Below are positions 27,187 to 36,318 of a stretch of DNA of 64,000 bases, in pieces. The position numbers and the translations under genes are program-made. The DNA is taken from contig OZ241889.1 in assembly GCA_965203355.1 (NCBI GenBank), positions 768,001 through 832,000 on the forward strand, written 5' to 3'. The notes beneath the pieces were generated by a model. It was given only the letters and a program-made list of their open reading frames with translations. It was not told the origin of the DNA and searched no databases. The DNA comes from Candidatus Latescibacterota bacterium. Lineage in GTDB: Bacteria > Latescibacterota > UBA2968 > UBA8231. Numbering within the stretch: position 1 is the stretch's first letter; each line of letters begins with the position of its first letter.

Positions 27187-28155
27187 TTACAACGGCGGAA
27201 AGAGCACGTAGCCGACGGCACTGCGTTCCAGCCAGACTTTGCAGAATTCCGCTAAATCGTACGCCCGGGCGACCTCGGTGGATGCGGCTGGATCGTTGAC
27301 TAGCGCGGTATGCCCGGCGCAGCCCCGGACGACCAGCAAGTGCCCAGATGTCCGCGCAATGGCGGCCCGGCTCAACTCGCCCACCTCGTAGCGCACGGAA
27401 GCAACAATAGGAAGGCCCGCGTCGAGCAGTGCATGCGCCGTCTCCCAAGACGGAAAGTGCAACAGATAGCCCAAGAGGCCCCGGCGCGCGGCCGCGTGGA
27501 TGTTGGCCGGCCACACGCCGTATAGTCCGCTAGGCTGGTGGTGCGCTTCTGCAATCACGTCGTAGATGTCCGCGCTATGGCCGTGGTAAGCGAGGATCAT
27601 GGCGATGCTGGTCGGCGAGCAGACGTGGGAAGCCAGCTCGGGCCGCAGAGCCATCTGGCTTTGCGGCGGCACGGCGAGAGCCGTATCTCGGCTAGTACAT
27701 GTCGGAGCGGGCACTGCGCCCGCGCGGCGCACCGAGACCGAGAGCAAGGCCGGGGCTGTGGGGGCGATGCCTTGGACGCGCAGATGTAGGGTGGCTGCTT
27801 GCAAGGGGCTGCGGATGCGCAGGAGATCTATTTCCGCTGTGACCGCTTCGTTTGCTGCGCCTGCTTCAGCCCCGACAAACAAGCCGACTGGGTCGAGGAC
27901 GGCTCGGCTGCGATGACCCGCTTTGGTTTTGCATTCCACTGCGAACTGATAGCCCCACGCGCCAGCATAGAAGACCGAGAGGCACGGCAGAATTTCTAGC
28001 GCGTCTTCTAGCGCTGCGGATGGCAAGTCAAACGAGAACTCGGCGCCATTCCACGCTAACGGCTCGATCGGCTGAAGCCGGAGGGATGGCGGTACGGCGC
28101 GTTGCAGCGCGGCCTCGTCCAGCCCTTGGGCAAACAATAGAAGTGCGTTGCTCAT
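27187..28155 (-). CDS. Peptidase C39-like protein
   Basis: SQM...CSPTS (catalytic Cys), GHLLVVRG, VNDPA; no signal peptide evident. Confidence 0.82.
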   Translation of the reverse strand: MSNALLLFAQGLDEAALQRAVPPSLRLQPIEPLAWNGAEFSFDLPSAALEDALEILPCLSVFYAGAWGYQFAVECKTKAGHRSRAVLDPVGLFVGAEAGAANEAVTAEIDLLRIRSPLQAATLHLRVQGIAPTAPALLSVSVRRAGAVPAPTCTSRDTALAVPPQSQMALRPELASHVCSPTSIAMILAYHGHSADIYDVIAEAHHQPSGLYGVWPANIHAAARRGLLGYLLHFPSWETAHALLDAGLPIVASVRYEVGELSRAAIARTSGHLLVVRGCAGHTALVNDPAASTEVARAYDLAEFCKVWLERSAVGYVLFPPL

Positions 28156-28223
28156 AGGTTCGTTGGGGAAGAGTACACGCAATCAATCCCGGCGTCCAGC
28201 AGGGTTGCCAACGCGCGAGTCGC

Positions 28224-29204
28224 CTATCCCCAGAGTTGGGGTTGGGGCGGATGGAGGAGGCTGCCTTCGTAGCGCAGCCCGTGCTCCCGATCCTTTTGCA
28301 GCAGCAGGGGACCGTCGAGATCGACGAAACGGGCTTGTTGCGCCAGCAGGACAGCCGGTGCCATAGCCAGCGAAGTGGCAATCATGCAGCCGATCATCAA
28401 ATCCAATCCACGTGCGCGCACCTCGGTTGCCACGCGCAGGCCCTCACTGAAGCCGCCGGTCTTGTCGAGTTTGAGGTTGACGCATTCGTAGCGGGAAGCC
28501 AGTTCCGCGAGATCCGTGGCCGTGTGGCAGGATTCGTCGGCGCAGAAGGGAACCGGGTGTTTGAACTCGGCGAGGAGGGCGTCTTGGGTGGCGGGCAGCG
28601 GTTGTTCGACGAGCGCGACGCCCAAGCGCGCTAGTGCGGCTGAGAGCGGCTCGACTTGATCGGCGGACCAGCCTTCGTTGGCATCGACGATCAGAGTCGA
28701 GTCTGGGGCGTTGGCGCGGATCGCAGCGACGCGGTCGAGATCGTCGCGACCGGCGAGTTTGATCTTGAGCAGCGGGCGGGCGGCGTGTTGGGCTGCGGCT
28801 CGGCCCATAGTCTCTGGGTCGTCAAGCGAGAGGGTGTAGGCCGTGGCCACGGGGTGGGGTGCCGCTAGCTTGGCTAGCTCGTACACTGGACGACCGCTGA
28901 GTTTAGCTTCCAAATCCCAGAGCGCACAGTCCAAGGCGTTGCGCGCCGCACCGGGCGGCAGGGCGCGTTGCAATGCCGCCCGGTTGAGCCCGGCTTCCAC
29001 CTGTGGACGCAATGATTCTAGCGCGTCTATGGTTCTGGCCACGCTTTCGTTGTAGCGGGGATAAGGGAGGCATTCGCCGCGGCCAACGCAGCCATCGCGG
29101 CTCAACTCGACGACGACGACATCGGCGGTGGTTTTGGCCCCGCGCGAGATGGCAAAGGTCTGGGCGAGCGGGAAGCGCTCACCGCGAATGGAGAAGCGGG
29201 TCAC
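28224..29204 (-). CDS. dgcA: N-acetyl-D-Glu racemase / dipeptide epimerase (enolase superfamily)
   Basis: FAISRG, KIKL, DANEGW, EQP, ADES, KLDKTGG, DLDG; GTGA overlap with dgcN. Confidence 0.85.
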   Translation of the reverse strand: MTRFSIRGERFPLAQTFAISRGAKTTADVVVVELSRDGCVGRGECLPYPRYNESVARTIDALESLRPQVEAGLNRAALQRALPPGAARNALDCALWDLEAKLSGRPVYELAKLAAPHPVATAYTLSLDDPETMGRAAAQHAARPLLKIKLAGRDDLDRVAAIRANAPDSTLIVDANEGWSADQVEPLSAALARLGVALVEQPLPATQDALLAEFKHPVPFCADESCHTATDLAELASRYECVNLKLDKTGGFSEGLRVATEVRARGLDLMIGCMIATSLAMAPAVLLAQQARFVDLDGPLLLQKDREHGLRYEGSLLHPPQPQLWG

Positions 29205-30199
29205 AGGGCGTCGACCAAGCGCGCGGCCCCTTGGCGCAGCGGATCGACGGCGGGCAGGCCTGCTTGGTTTTCTATGGTTTTGATCAGTTCGGAGGCGCGG
29301 TCCTCCGGCAAGTGCGAGGTGTTGACGGCCATGCCGACGGTGCGGCAGGCCGGGTTGGTGAGCCGGGCGCACTGCTCGTTGAGGCGGATGCAGTCGAGCA
29401 AACCGGGCAGCGGATATTCGGGCAAGCCGCGCATGTGGGGCCGGTTGGGATCGTGGCAGAGGACGAGTGCGTCGGGTTGGGCACCGTGCATGAGGCCCAG
29501 CGATACGCCGGCATAAGAGGCGTGGAACAGCGAACCTTGGCCTTCGACTAAGTCCCAGTGCTCAGGGTGGTTGGCCGGGGTTAGGACCTCGACAGCTCCA
29601 GCGAGGAAATCGGAAACCACGGCGTCAATGGCAATACCCGTCCCGGCGATGAAGATGCCGGTTTGGCCGGTGGCGCGGAAGGTGCAGGCCATGCCCCGCG
29701 CCTGCATCTCGCGCTCGATGGCCAGTGCAGTGAACATCTTGCCGACCGAGCAGTCAGTACCAACGGTGAGCAGGCGTTTGCCCGGGCGTTTGACGCCGGT
29801 TGCAATGGGAAAAGCGCGGCCGGCAGCGCGTACGTCCACGAGGCGAGTGCCCTTTGCGCGGGCGCGGTCGGCCAAGCCGGGGATGGTGCCAAGGTGCGTG
29901 TGCATGCCGTTGGCGAGGTCGTAGCCGAGGTCAATGGCATGCAACAGGGTCTCGCGCCAGAGGTCGGAGATGGTGCCACCGCGATTGACGACGCCGATGA
30001 TGAGGGTGCGGGCGCCGGCGGCGCGGGCCTCGGCTAGAGTTTGGTCGGGCAGTCCGAGGTCGGCGTGGCAGTCGGGAAGGCGAAACTGACCAATGCACTG
30101 GTCGGGCCGCCAATGGGCGACGCCAACGGCCGTTTTGGCGGCTAGCTGGTCGGCGGCGTCGCCGAGGAATAATAAGTATGGGGGCGCGAGCTGGATCAC
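29201..30199 (-). CDS. dgcN: DUF1611 family D-glutamate N-acetyltransferase
   Basis: PYLLFLGD, GTDCSVGKM, ATGQTG, EGQGSL; adjacent to dgcA. Confidence 0.88.
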   Translation of the reverse strand: MIQLAPPYLLFLGDAADQLAAKTAVGVAHWRPDQCIGQFRLPDCHADLGLPDQTLAEARAAGARTLIIGVVNRGGTISDLWRETLLHAIDLGYDLANGMHTHLGTIPGLADRARAKGTRLVDVRAAGRAFPIATGVKRPGKRLLTVGTDCSVGKMFTALAIEREMQARGMACTFRATGQTGIFIAGTGIAIDAVVSDFLAGAVEVLTPANHPEHWDLVEGQGSLFHASYAGVSLGLMHGAQPDALVLCHDPNRPHMRGLPEYPLPGLLDCIRLNEQCARLTNPACRTVGMAVNTSHLPEDRASELIKTIENQAGLPAVDPLRQGAARLVDAL

Positions 30200-30525
30200 G
30201 GCCAGCAAACACCCACGAGGCGACCAGCATGTCGAGGCGGTGCTGCCGCCAGTGCCATTCGAGGTGCGCTGCCACCGCCAGCTAAGCGCGGATGAGTCAG
30301 GCATTCGAAGCTGGCGGGATCGGCCTCGAGGATGTGGGCAAAGTGCAGACGGCAGTTGCGGACGCGAGCCTTGGCTGGGTCTGGGGCGGACAGAAGATCC
30401 CGTTTGAGCCGCGGCATGGCTTCGAGCAGGTGTTCAGTCAGGTCTTCAGAGCCATAGACTTCGAGGTGATAGCGCTGGGCGGGCGTGAGCGCGGGAAAGG
30501 GCCGGATGAATTCGCTGTCGGACAT
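30196..30525 (-). pseudogene. Truncated PhyH-like dioxygenase N-terminal fragment
   Basis: LTPAQRYHLEVYG...HILEADP...LTHPRL resembles a PhyH N-terminus; the HxD/H catalytic region is absent. Confidence 0.55.
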
Positions 30526-30829
30526 GCGCGGAAATATAAGCGCGGGAAAAGGGAATGCCAATGGGAGAGCAAATGCGCTGTTATTACGGCTAAAAAGCGA
30601 CCTGCACCGAAGCAAATCACAGCCAGCATCTCGGCGCACTGGATTGAAAATTTAGCGTTGCATTGAAGTACTCTTTTTTGCACCTTTAAATGTACATACA
30701 AGTACGAGCCTTTTGCGAAATTCTCGTAAATAGCGAATTATTAAAAGGTTATCCATTGGAAAATTCCACCTGATCGCGAACTTGCAGAAATATGCCACCA
30801 TTGTGGATTTTCCAGACCGTCGCTAAAAA

Positions 30830-30857
30830 GTACTCAATCTAGTACCATATATGGTAC
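30830..30857 (+). promoter_or_regulatory. Putative Phd/YefM autorepression operator
   Basis: Perfect 16-bp palindrome GTACCATATATGGTAC (30842-30857); GTAC cores at 30830, 30842 and 30854 (12-bp period) just upstream of the antitoxin RBS. Confidence 0.7.
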
Positions 30858-30870
30858 AAAATGGAGAAAT

Positions 30871-31125
30871 ATGCTTCAATCCATACCCATCGCCGAAGCC
30901 CGCAAAGTCCTGAATCAGTTGCCCGATCGCTTTGCCGCCGAACCCGAAGCGAATGCCCTCGCTGTGACGCGCCGCGGCCAGCCGGTGCTCGCGCTGATGC
31001 CGTGGTCGCTTTACCAAGGCATTGTCGAAACCTTGGAGGTGCTCGGAGACGAGGCCCAGTGCGCCGCGCTGCGCGAAGGCATCCGACAGCTTGAGGCGGG
31101 CGAGCGCGTCATATGGGGGAAATGA
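30871..31125 (+). CDS. Phd/YefM family antitoxin
   Basis: IPIAEARKVL, VTRRGQPVLALM, ETLEVL; GGAG RBS. Confidence 0.9.
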   Translation: MLQSIPIAEARKVLNQLPDRFAAEPEANALAVTRRGQPVLALMPWSLYQGIVETLEVLGDEAQCAALREGIRQLEAGERVIWGK

Positions 31126-31439
31126 CGTTGCGCGTTGTCTTGGCTCAGCGCGCCGTAGAGTCGCTGCAAGGTGTGCTCAACCGGCGAATTGCCGAGCAAG
31201 TGGCACAATACATCACCGGGTTGGCAATCGATCCTGAGGACCAGGGCTGGCCCTTGGTCGGCGAGTTAAAGGGCTACCGCTGCCTGCGGCCTCTGGGCGG
31301 CTGGTTCCGCATCGTCTATCGGGTGGTGCTCGGGGAGGTCGAGGTGGTTTTGGTGTCGGTCGGGCAGACCCATTTGGCCGGTGAACGGGACTTGCGTGCT
31401 CTGGCGCGGACGTTGTTTAGCGAGCGCCTGCTAGGCTAA
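31122..31439 (+). CDS. RelE/ParE family toxin
   Basis: GWPLVGELKGYRCLR...FRIVYRV; ATGA overlap with the antitoxin. Confidence 0.85.
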   Translation: MTLRVVLAQRAVESLQGVLNRRIAEQVAQYITGLAIDPEDQGWPLVGELKGYRCLRPLGGWFRIVYRVVLGEVEVVLVSVGQTHLAGERDLRALARTLFSERLLG

Positions 31440-31444
31440 GCGAC

Positions 31445-31635
31445 GGCCCGACGTACTCCTCGCCGCCGAGGTTGCTTCCGTCGATCAGCGAGAACGTCTT
31501 CTTGTGTTGGGGAAGACGACTTTGGTGTGTCGATCGCCGATCAAGCCGCGAAAAAGGCCCATGTCGTGCTTGTGGGGACACGTGTTCTGGGAGGCGTACC
31601 AGTCGCGGTACGAAGCAAAATTGAACACTGTGACT
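31445..31635 (-). pseudogene. nirD: Nitrite reductase small subunit (Rieske) remnant
   Basis: VFNF...WYASQNTCPHK.DM...RGLIGD...KV.. then frameshift to HKKTFSLIDG.NL; the second Rieske Cys is lost. Confidence 0.78.
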
Positions 31636-31654
31636 GATCGACTCGTGCGCCGAG

Positions 31655-31748
31655 TAAATCTCGCCGCCGTATCCTTGGCCATAGCAGGCTAGCAAGTCGT
31701 CGTATTGCTTGATGTGGTTGATTTTGACAATCTGGAACAGTTCTGTTC
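31655..31748 (-). pseudogene. nirB: Nitrite reductase large subunit internal fragment
   Basis: ELFQIVKINHIKQYDDLLACYGQGYGGEIY resembles the NirB BFD-like region (ELF.....IK.F..LL...G.GYGCEICKP) with the cysteines lost. Confidence 0.65.
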
Positions 31749-31964
31749 CTCGCCGACCGCGTGGCGGCCCGCAGGCCCAGGTCGGTGCCGCGGCCGAGGC
31801 ATCGACGCTCTTCTACGATTTGCGCGGCCGCCTACTGCGCTTCCTCGACGGCCCGCCGTTGGTCGAACCGGGCACAGCACCGAATGAGAGATAAAGCAGG
31901 TAGCTTGACCGAGACTCGCGGTTTAATTTAATCTACATCACCCTCTTTACGCCGGAGAAACGCC

Positions 31965-33173
31965 ATGCGTGTTGCGATCTATTCCGCATTTCTTTTGAGC
32001 CTAGTTGCATCTAGCGCCAGCTATGCTAAAAAAGAGATCGTCTGGGGTGGCCAGATTCGGCCGCGCTACGAATTCCGCGATCCGTTCGCCAACAACTACG
32101 ACTCCTTCACCTCCATGCGGGTGCGGGCTCAGATGGTGGCGTCGCTCGCTAGCGATGTCGATCTGATGATCCAGCTTCAAGACGTGCGCTTGTGGGGTGA
32201 GGAAAAGAATACCCTGACGGATTACAGCGCGGATAATTTTGACCTGCATCAGGGCTACGTTCATCTAAAAAAACTCGGCGACGGCGACCACTCGCTCAAA
32301 ATTGGCCGTCAGATCGTCGCCCTTGGCGGTCAGCGATTGATCGGCGCGGTCGAGTGGACTCAGCAAGGTCGGGTTTTCGATGGTTTGCAACTGCTGCTGG
32401 CGCCCTCGTGGGGCCAACTGAACCTGACGGCGATTCAGGTGACTGAATCGGACTCGACTTCGGCGCAGTTTGCAGACGACGCCTATTTGACGGGCGCGTA
32501 CGCGACCTTGGACCAACTGCCGTCCAGCAGCTTGGATCTCTACGCGCTCTACAATAAGGACGGAGCCAAGGACACGGATCAGGTCACTATGGGGGCGCGT
32601 CTGGCGGGCAAAAAGATGGCGTACTCGTATCGTTTTGAAGGTTCGTTTCAGACCGGTCAGCGCAGTGCCCAAGACGTAGCGGCTTTCATGTTCGGTGGGC
32701 GCATTGGCAGGTCTGTGGGCGGGCTCGACCTCACCTTGTGGTACGACTACCTGTCTGGTGACGACGATCCGGCCGATGACAAGATCAAGGTCTTTGACAC
32801 GCTCTTTGCAACCAACCACAAGTACTATGGATACGCCGATTTGTTTCTCAATATCCCGGTCCACACTGGGGGACTGGGGCTACAGGACTTGGCCCTCAAG
32901 GCGGCTTTGCCGTTGAGCGATCAGGTTTCCCTCGGAGTCCATGGGCACACCTTCCGCACCGCGCAAAAGGGCGGCTTGGAGTCGAGCCATTTGGGCGAGG
33001 AAGTCGATTTGACGCTTGCGTACAAATATCGTCCCGGCTTTACCGTTGTTGCCGGACTGTCGCGAGTGATAGCCGGCGACAGTATGCCCCGTGTTACTCG
33101 GTTCAAGGATTCGATCGAGGCGTGGAACGGGGATATGACCTTTGCTTACCTTATGACCAACACAACTTTCTGA
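31965..33173 (+). CDS. Alginate export family outer-membrane porin
   Basis: Signal peptide; GQIRPRYEFR, LQDVR.WG, GRQ...QRLIG..EW, DYLSGD, TNHKYYG..D; terminal Phe. Confidence 0.88.
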   Translation: MRVAIYSAFLLSLVASSASYAKKEIVWGGQIRPRYEFRDPFANNYDSFTSMRVRAQMVASLASDVDLMIQLQDVRLWGEEKNTLTDYSADNFDLHQGYVHLKKLGDGDHSLKIGRQIVALGGQRLIGAVEWTQQGRVFDGLQLLLAPSWGQLNLTAIQVTESDSTSAQFADDAYLTGAYATLDQLPSSSLDLYALYNKDGAKDTDQVTMGARLAGKKMAYSYRFEGSFQTGQRSAQDVAAFMFGGRIGRSVGGLDLTLWYDYLSGDDDPADDKIKVFDTLFATNHKYYGYADLFLNIPVHTGGLGLQDLALKAALPLSDQVSLGVHGHTFRTAQKGGLESSHLGEEVDLTLAYKYRPGFTVVAGLSRVIAGDSMPRVTRFKDSIEAWNGDMTFAYLMTNTTF

Positions 33174-33174
33174 C

Positions 33175-33323
33175 CTAAGGTGTTTTTAAAATTCCTCTTA
33201 TGGCCCTTTGCGTCAAAAAAGAACCTAGTAGCAATGGCGTCTCGCCCTCGGAAAACGCCCGATCCAGGAACCTCTCGACGGCCCGTTGAAGTAGTCCGAC
33301 GAGAATTTTAAAAAGGCTTCTAA
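33175..33323. mobile_element. MITE-like element with terminal inverted repeats
   Basis: TTTTTAAAATTC (33183-33194) is inverted at 33303-33314, with imperfect extension to CTAA at both ends; ~150 bp with no credible gene inside. Confidence 0.5.
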
Positions 33324-33342
33324 GAAGCGTTTTTAACTCGAC

Positions 33343-33903
33343 ATGCCGCGTCGCATGACAAAGCCGATCTCCGCATCTGGACTGCGGTCCTTTTTCCAAC
33401 GTTTGGTCTTTCCTGGGTTCACTTCGTTGGGCATTGCCGACCGCGAAGTGGTCGAGTACGTCGTCGATCTGCTGGTGAGCTTTGCGCGCACCGATCAGCT
33501 CTACCGCATCCGCGACCTGCGTGGCCAGCCGCTTGAAACCATCGCCGAGATGCTGGTGGAACTCGGGCGGCAGCGGCAGCCAGAGCGGCGTTGGTCCTTT
33601 GACCGCGAGCTGGATATCCGCCGGCACGTAGGCGACTACGCGCTTTTTACCAGCGGGCTTTTCCGCACGTGGGTCGAGCGGCAGGGGCTTGATGGCTACT
33701 ACTTGGAGCAGGGCCGGAGGGCTTATGGGGCCGCCGCCGAGCTGGCCCAACTCGGCTTTGTGTCACAAGCGCGGCTCTTAGGTGTCTTAGAGGAGCAATT
33801 CGAGCACTTGTCCGGCGGGCTCGACTACGTGCGCAAAGTCTATATGCGGCCCGAACTACACGGTGGCGCGCATGGGGTGCTGATGCGCGAGCTAGGGATT
33901 TAA
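33343..33903 (+). CDS. Hypothetical protein
   Basis: Codon usage like the backbone; helical protein with RHVGDYALFTSGLF and YYLEQGRRAY segments. Confidence 0.7.
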   Translation: MPRRMTKPISASGLRSFFQRLVFPGFTSLGIADREVVEYVVDLLVSFARTDQLYRIRDLRGQPLETIAEMLVELGRQRQPERRWSFDRELDIRRHVGDYALFTSGLFRTWVERQGLDGYYLEQGRRAYGAAAELAQLGFVSQARLLGVLEEQFEHLSGGLDYVRKVYMRPELHGGAHGVLMRELGI

Positions 33904-36290
33904 TAGCTCAGGCCGATGCTGCGGACCAAGGTGCGGGTGGCCGAGTCGCCCGCGATCTGTAGGCGCAAGAGGTAGAGGCCGGGCCGGGCCATCGGGCCGG
34001 AGTCGCCGCGACCATCCCAAGTTAGCTGGTAGTGGCCGGCCACGCCCTTGGCTTCGCGCAGGGTGCGAACTAGTCGGCCGCGCAGGTCGTAGATGCGGGC
34101 TTCGATCGGGCGAGCGTCTAGGACCTTGAGCACGTCGAAAGAGATGGCGAGCGCGTCGTTGACGCCGTCGCCGTTGGGAGTAAAAACCCCCGCGCCCATG
34201 TTGAGGCGCGTGAGTAAACTGCCATCCACAGGTAGCGAGACCGCATCGCCCGCTCCCGCCAGATCGGGCATGGCATCGCCTGGATCAACCTGCTGACGCA
34301 GGGTGTCAAGCCCGCTTTTGCGCTCTAGAAAGGCGCGGAAGCGGGTATTGTTTTGGAATACAGTGGCGGCAAAACCTAGCTCGACGCGCTCGGCGGCCGC
34401 AATGCGCCTGGGCAAGTACAAGCGCAGGCCCGCATTCGTCGTTTCCACTTCGGCGTTGACTGACGCGCCGTCGATTTGCAGGGCGCGAAACGCTAGGGGC
34501 ACCGAGGCTTCAAGGGAGATGGCTTCAAAGCCTTGGCTGTCGCGGGCGAATTCTGGGCGGAGGAAGTACGTGAAGTCGGTTTGCTCGCCCGGCTCAACGC
34601 GCACTGGGTGGACTTCGCCAACGGCAGTGCGCGCCAAAGGGCGGGAGTAGATCAAGGTCAGCGCGTCGAGGGCAATGCCGACCTGTGGATTGTCGGTGCG
34701 CATTTCGGCTGCGAGTTGGACATAGCGCCGCGGCGAAGGCGAGCGGAAGCGGGTGCCCGGCTGGAGGTATTCCTCGCTCCACACGCTCCAGCCATCGCCC
34801 GGTTGGAGCGTGGTTTCGATGGGGCCGCGAAACGAGGCGATCAGCTTTTCGTAGCGCCGTTTGGCAACCTCTTTGCCGTTTTTGTCGAAGTAGCGCATCT
34901 CCTCGACGACGTGGTCGCCGGTGCGGCTGCGCAAGGAGAATAGGGCTCCGAGCGGTGCGTCAATTTCCCACTCAATCGCCGTGATATTCCAATTGGAGCC
35001 GAGGTCAATAACAGGCGAGCGCAGGATGACGCGGGCCGGATACCCGGCTCCGTACACTTGGAACTCGCTGATTAGCCCTAGCCCGTCTAAGCGGCCAGTG
35101 TTGTCAAAGTCGCTGCCCGACAGGCCGCCGCCGATGATGTTGCCGCCTTGGCTAGTGGGGTAGATCAAACGCAGGTAGCGGGCGGCGATGCGGGGAACAT
35201 CGTGGCGAAAATTGCGCACGTCGAAGAAGTTGCGGGGGTCGGGAGGAATGGAGGCCAGCGCCTGCCAGGCCAGCGAACCGTCGGGTGCTAGCGAGCCGTC
35301 GGAGTACTGGAGCTTATAGGAGAGGAAGTTGGCGTAGGATTGCCGCAACCGCGGCGGAATGCCCAGCGGCTCGCCCAAGAGCCAAATCGAATCAATCCAG
35401 TAGGTGGCCCCTAGATCGATGCGGTAGTCGCCGAAGGTCGCACTGCCGCCACTGGATCCTTTGGCGAGGGGATTGACGCGCCACATGGTCGAGAGGTCGC
35501 CGTCGAACATGACAGAAGGAACGCCGGCCACGGCGACGACGGCAGCCTCGACATCGACGGTGCCGCCCTTGGCGATCAAATCAAAGGCGATATTGTCGCC
35601 AAATGCCTTGATTTGGATTTCGGCGAGGGCGGGCGCACCGGTCATTTCGCGGGTGGCTTCAATGCGGAGAACTTGGACGAGTTCGTCGTCGAGATCAATC
35701 GTCACGTCGCGCTCTTCGTTGAAGGCAAAACGCTCGCTGTGGCTGTAGAGTAGGGTGCCTTTGACGACGACGTTGGCACTGTTGATAAAACGCTCGCCCT
35801 TGGAGAACGAGAGGTTAAAAAAAGGCAAAGGCGGTGCGCTATCGGCAAAGCGCAGGCGGACCTGTTGGACGGGGAGCACCTGCCCCAAGTCAATCTCGAG
35901 CCACCAGTCCTCTGGAGTCGTGCCCGGCGGTGGGCTCCAGCGGGTGGTGAGGTCGCCGTCAAAGGCGCGGGTAGCCGTAGATCGCGCCGCACCGGCCCCG
36001 CGAACCGCAGCCGCAGAGAGCGGGTCAATATCTTTGCCGCTCCGCATCGGCCGCAACGAGCCGGCTTCGTCTAAGCGCAGGCCACCGGGAGGATAGCCCC
36101 AGTTTTCCTCGATGTCCGCCGCAGTCATAACCAGACGCTCGGCGCGAATGGGGCTGCTGCATGGCACCAGCATGCACAGGGCTAAAGGCAAGAGGCGGAA
36201 TAGCGACACGGGCGATAGATTGTTTTTTTTGAAAGCACAGTACGGCTCAAGCGTCGGATATAAGATATATTGGATTAAGGGCCGATGCAT
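33900..36290 (-). CDS. Secreted discoidin (F5/8)-domain protein with C-terminal FlgD-Ig / T9SS-like CTD
   Basis: AFDGDLTTRW and WLEIDLG discoidin motifs (twice); C-terminal FTPNGDGVND...IYDLRGRLVR...WDGR...PGLY. The true start is probably downstream of 36290. Confidence 0.8.
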   Translation of the reverse strand: MHRPLIQYILYPTLEPYCAFKKNNLSPVSLFRLLPLALCMLVPCSSPIRAERLVMTAADIEENWGYPPGGLRLDEAGSLRPMRSGKDIDPLSAAAVRGAGAARSTATRAFDGDLTTRWSPPPGTTPEDWWLEIDLGQVLPVQQVRLRFADSAPPLPFFNLSFSKGERFINSANVVVKGTLLYSHSERFAFNEERDVTIDLDDELVQVLRIEATREMTGAPALAEIQIKAFGDNIAFDLIAKGGTVDVEAAVVAVAGVPSVMFDGDLSTMWRVNPLAKGSSGGSATFGDYRIDLGATYWIDSIWLLGEPLGIPPRLRQSYANFLSYKLQYSDGSLAPDGSLAWQALASIPPDPRNFFDVRNFRHDVPRIAARYLRLIYPTSQGGNIIGGGLSGSDFDNTGRLDGLGLISEFQVYGAGYPARVILRSPVIDLGSNWNITAIEWEIDAPLGALFSLRSRTGDHVVEEMRYFDKNGKEVAKRRYEKLIASFRGPIETTLQPGDGWSVWSEEYLQPGTRFRSPSPRRYVQLAAEMRTDNPQVGIALDALTLIYSRPLARTAVGEVHPVRVEPGEQTDFTYFLRPEFARDSQGFEAISLEASVPLAFRALQIDGASVNAEVETTNAGLRLYLPRRIAAAERVELGFAATVFQNNTRFRAFLERKSGLDTLRQQVDPGDAMPDLAGAGDAVSLPVDGSLLTRLNMGAGVFTPNGDGVNDALAISFDVLKVLDARPIEARIYDLRGRLVRTLREAKGVAGHYQLTWDGRGDSGPMARPGLYLLRLQIAGDSATRTLVRSIGLSY

Positions 36291-36318
36291 CCGATAAGCG
36301 ACAACAGATCGGTACTAG

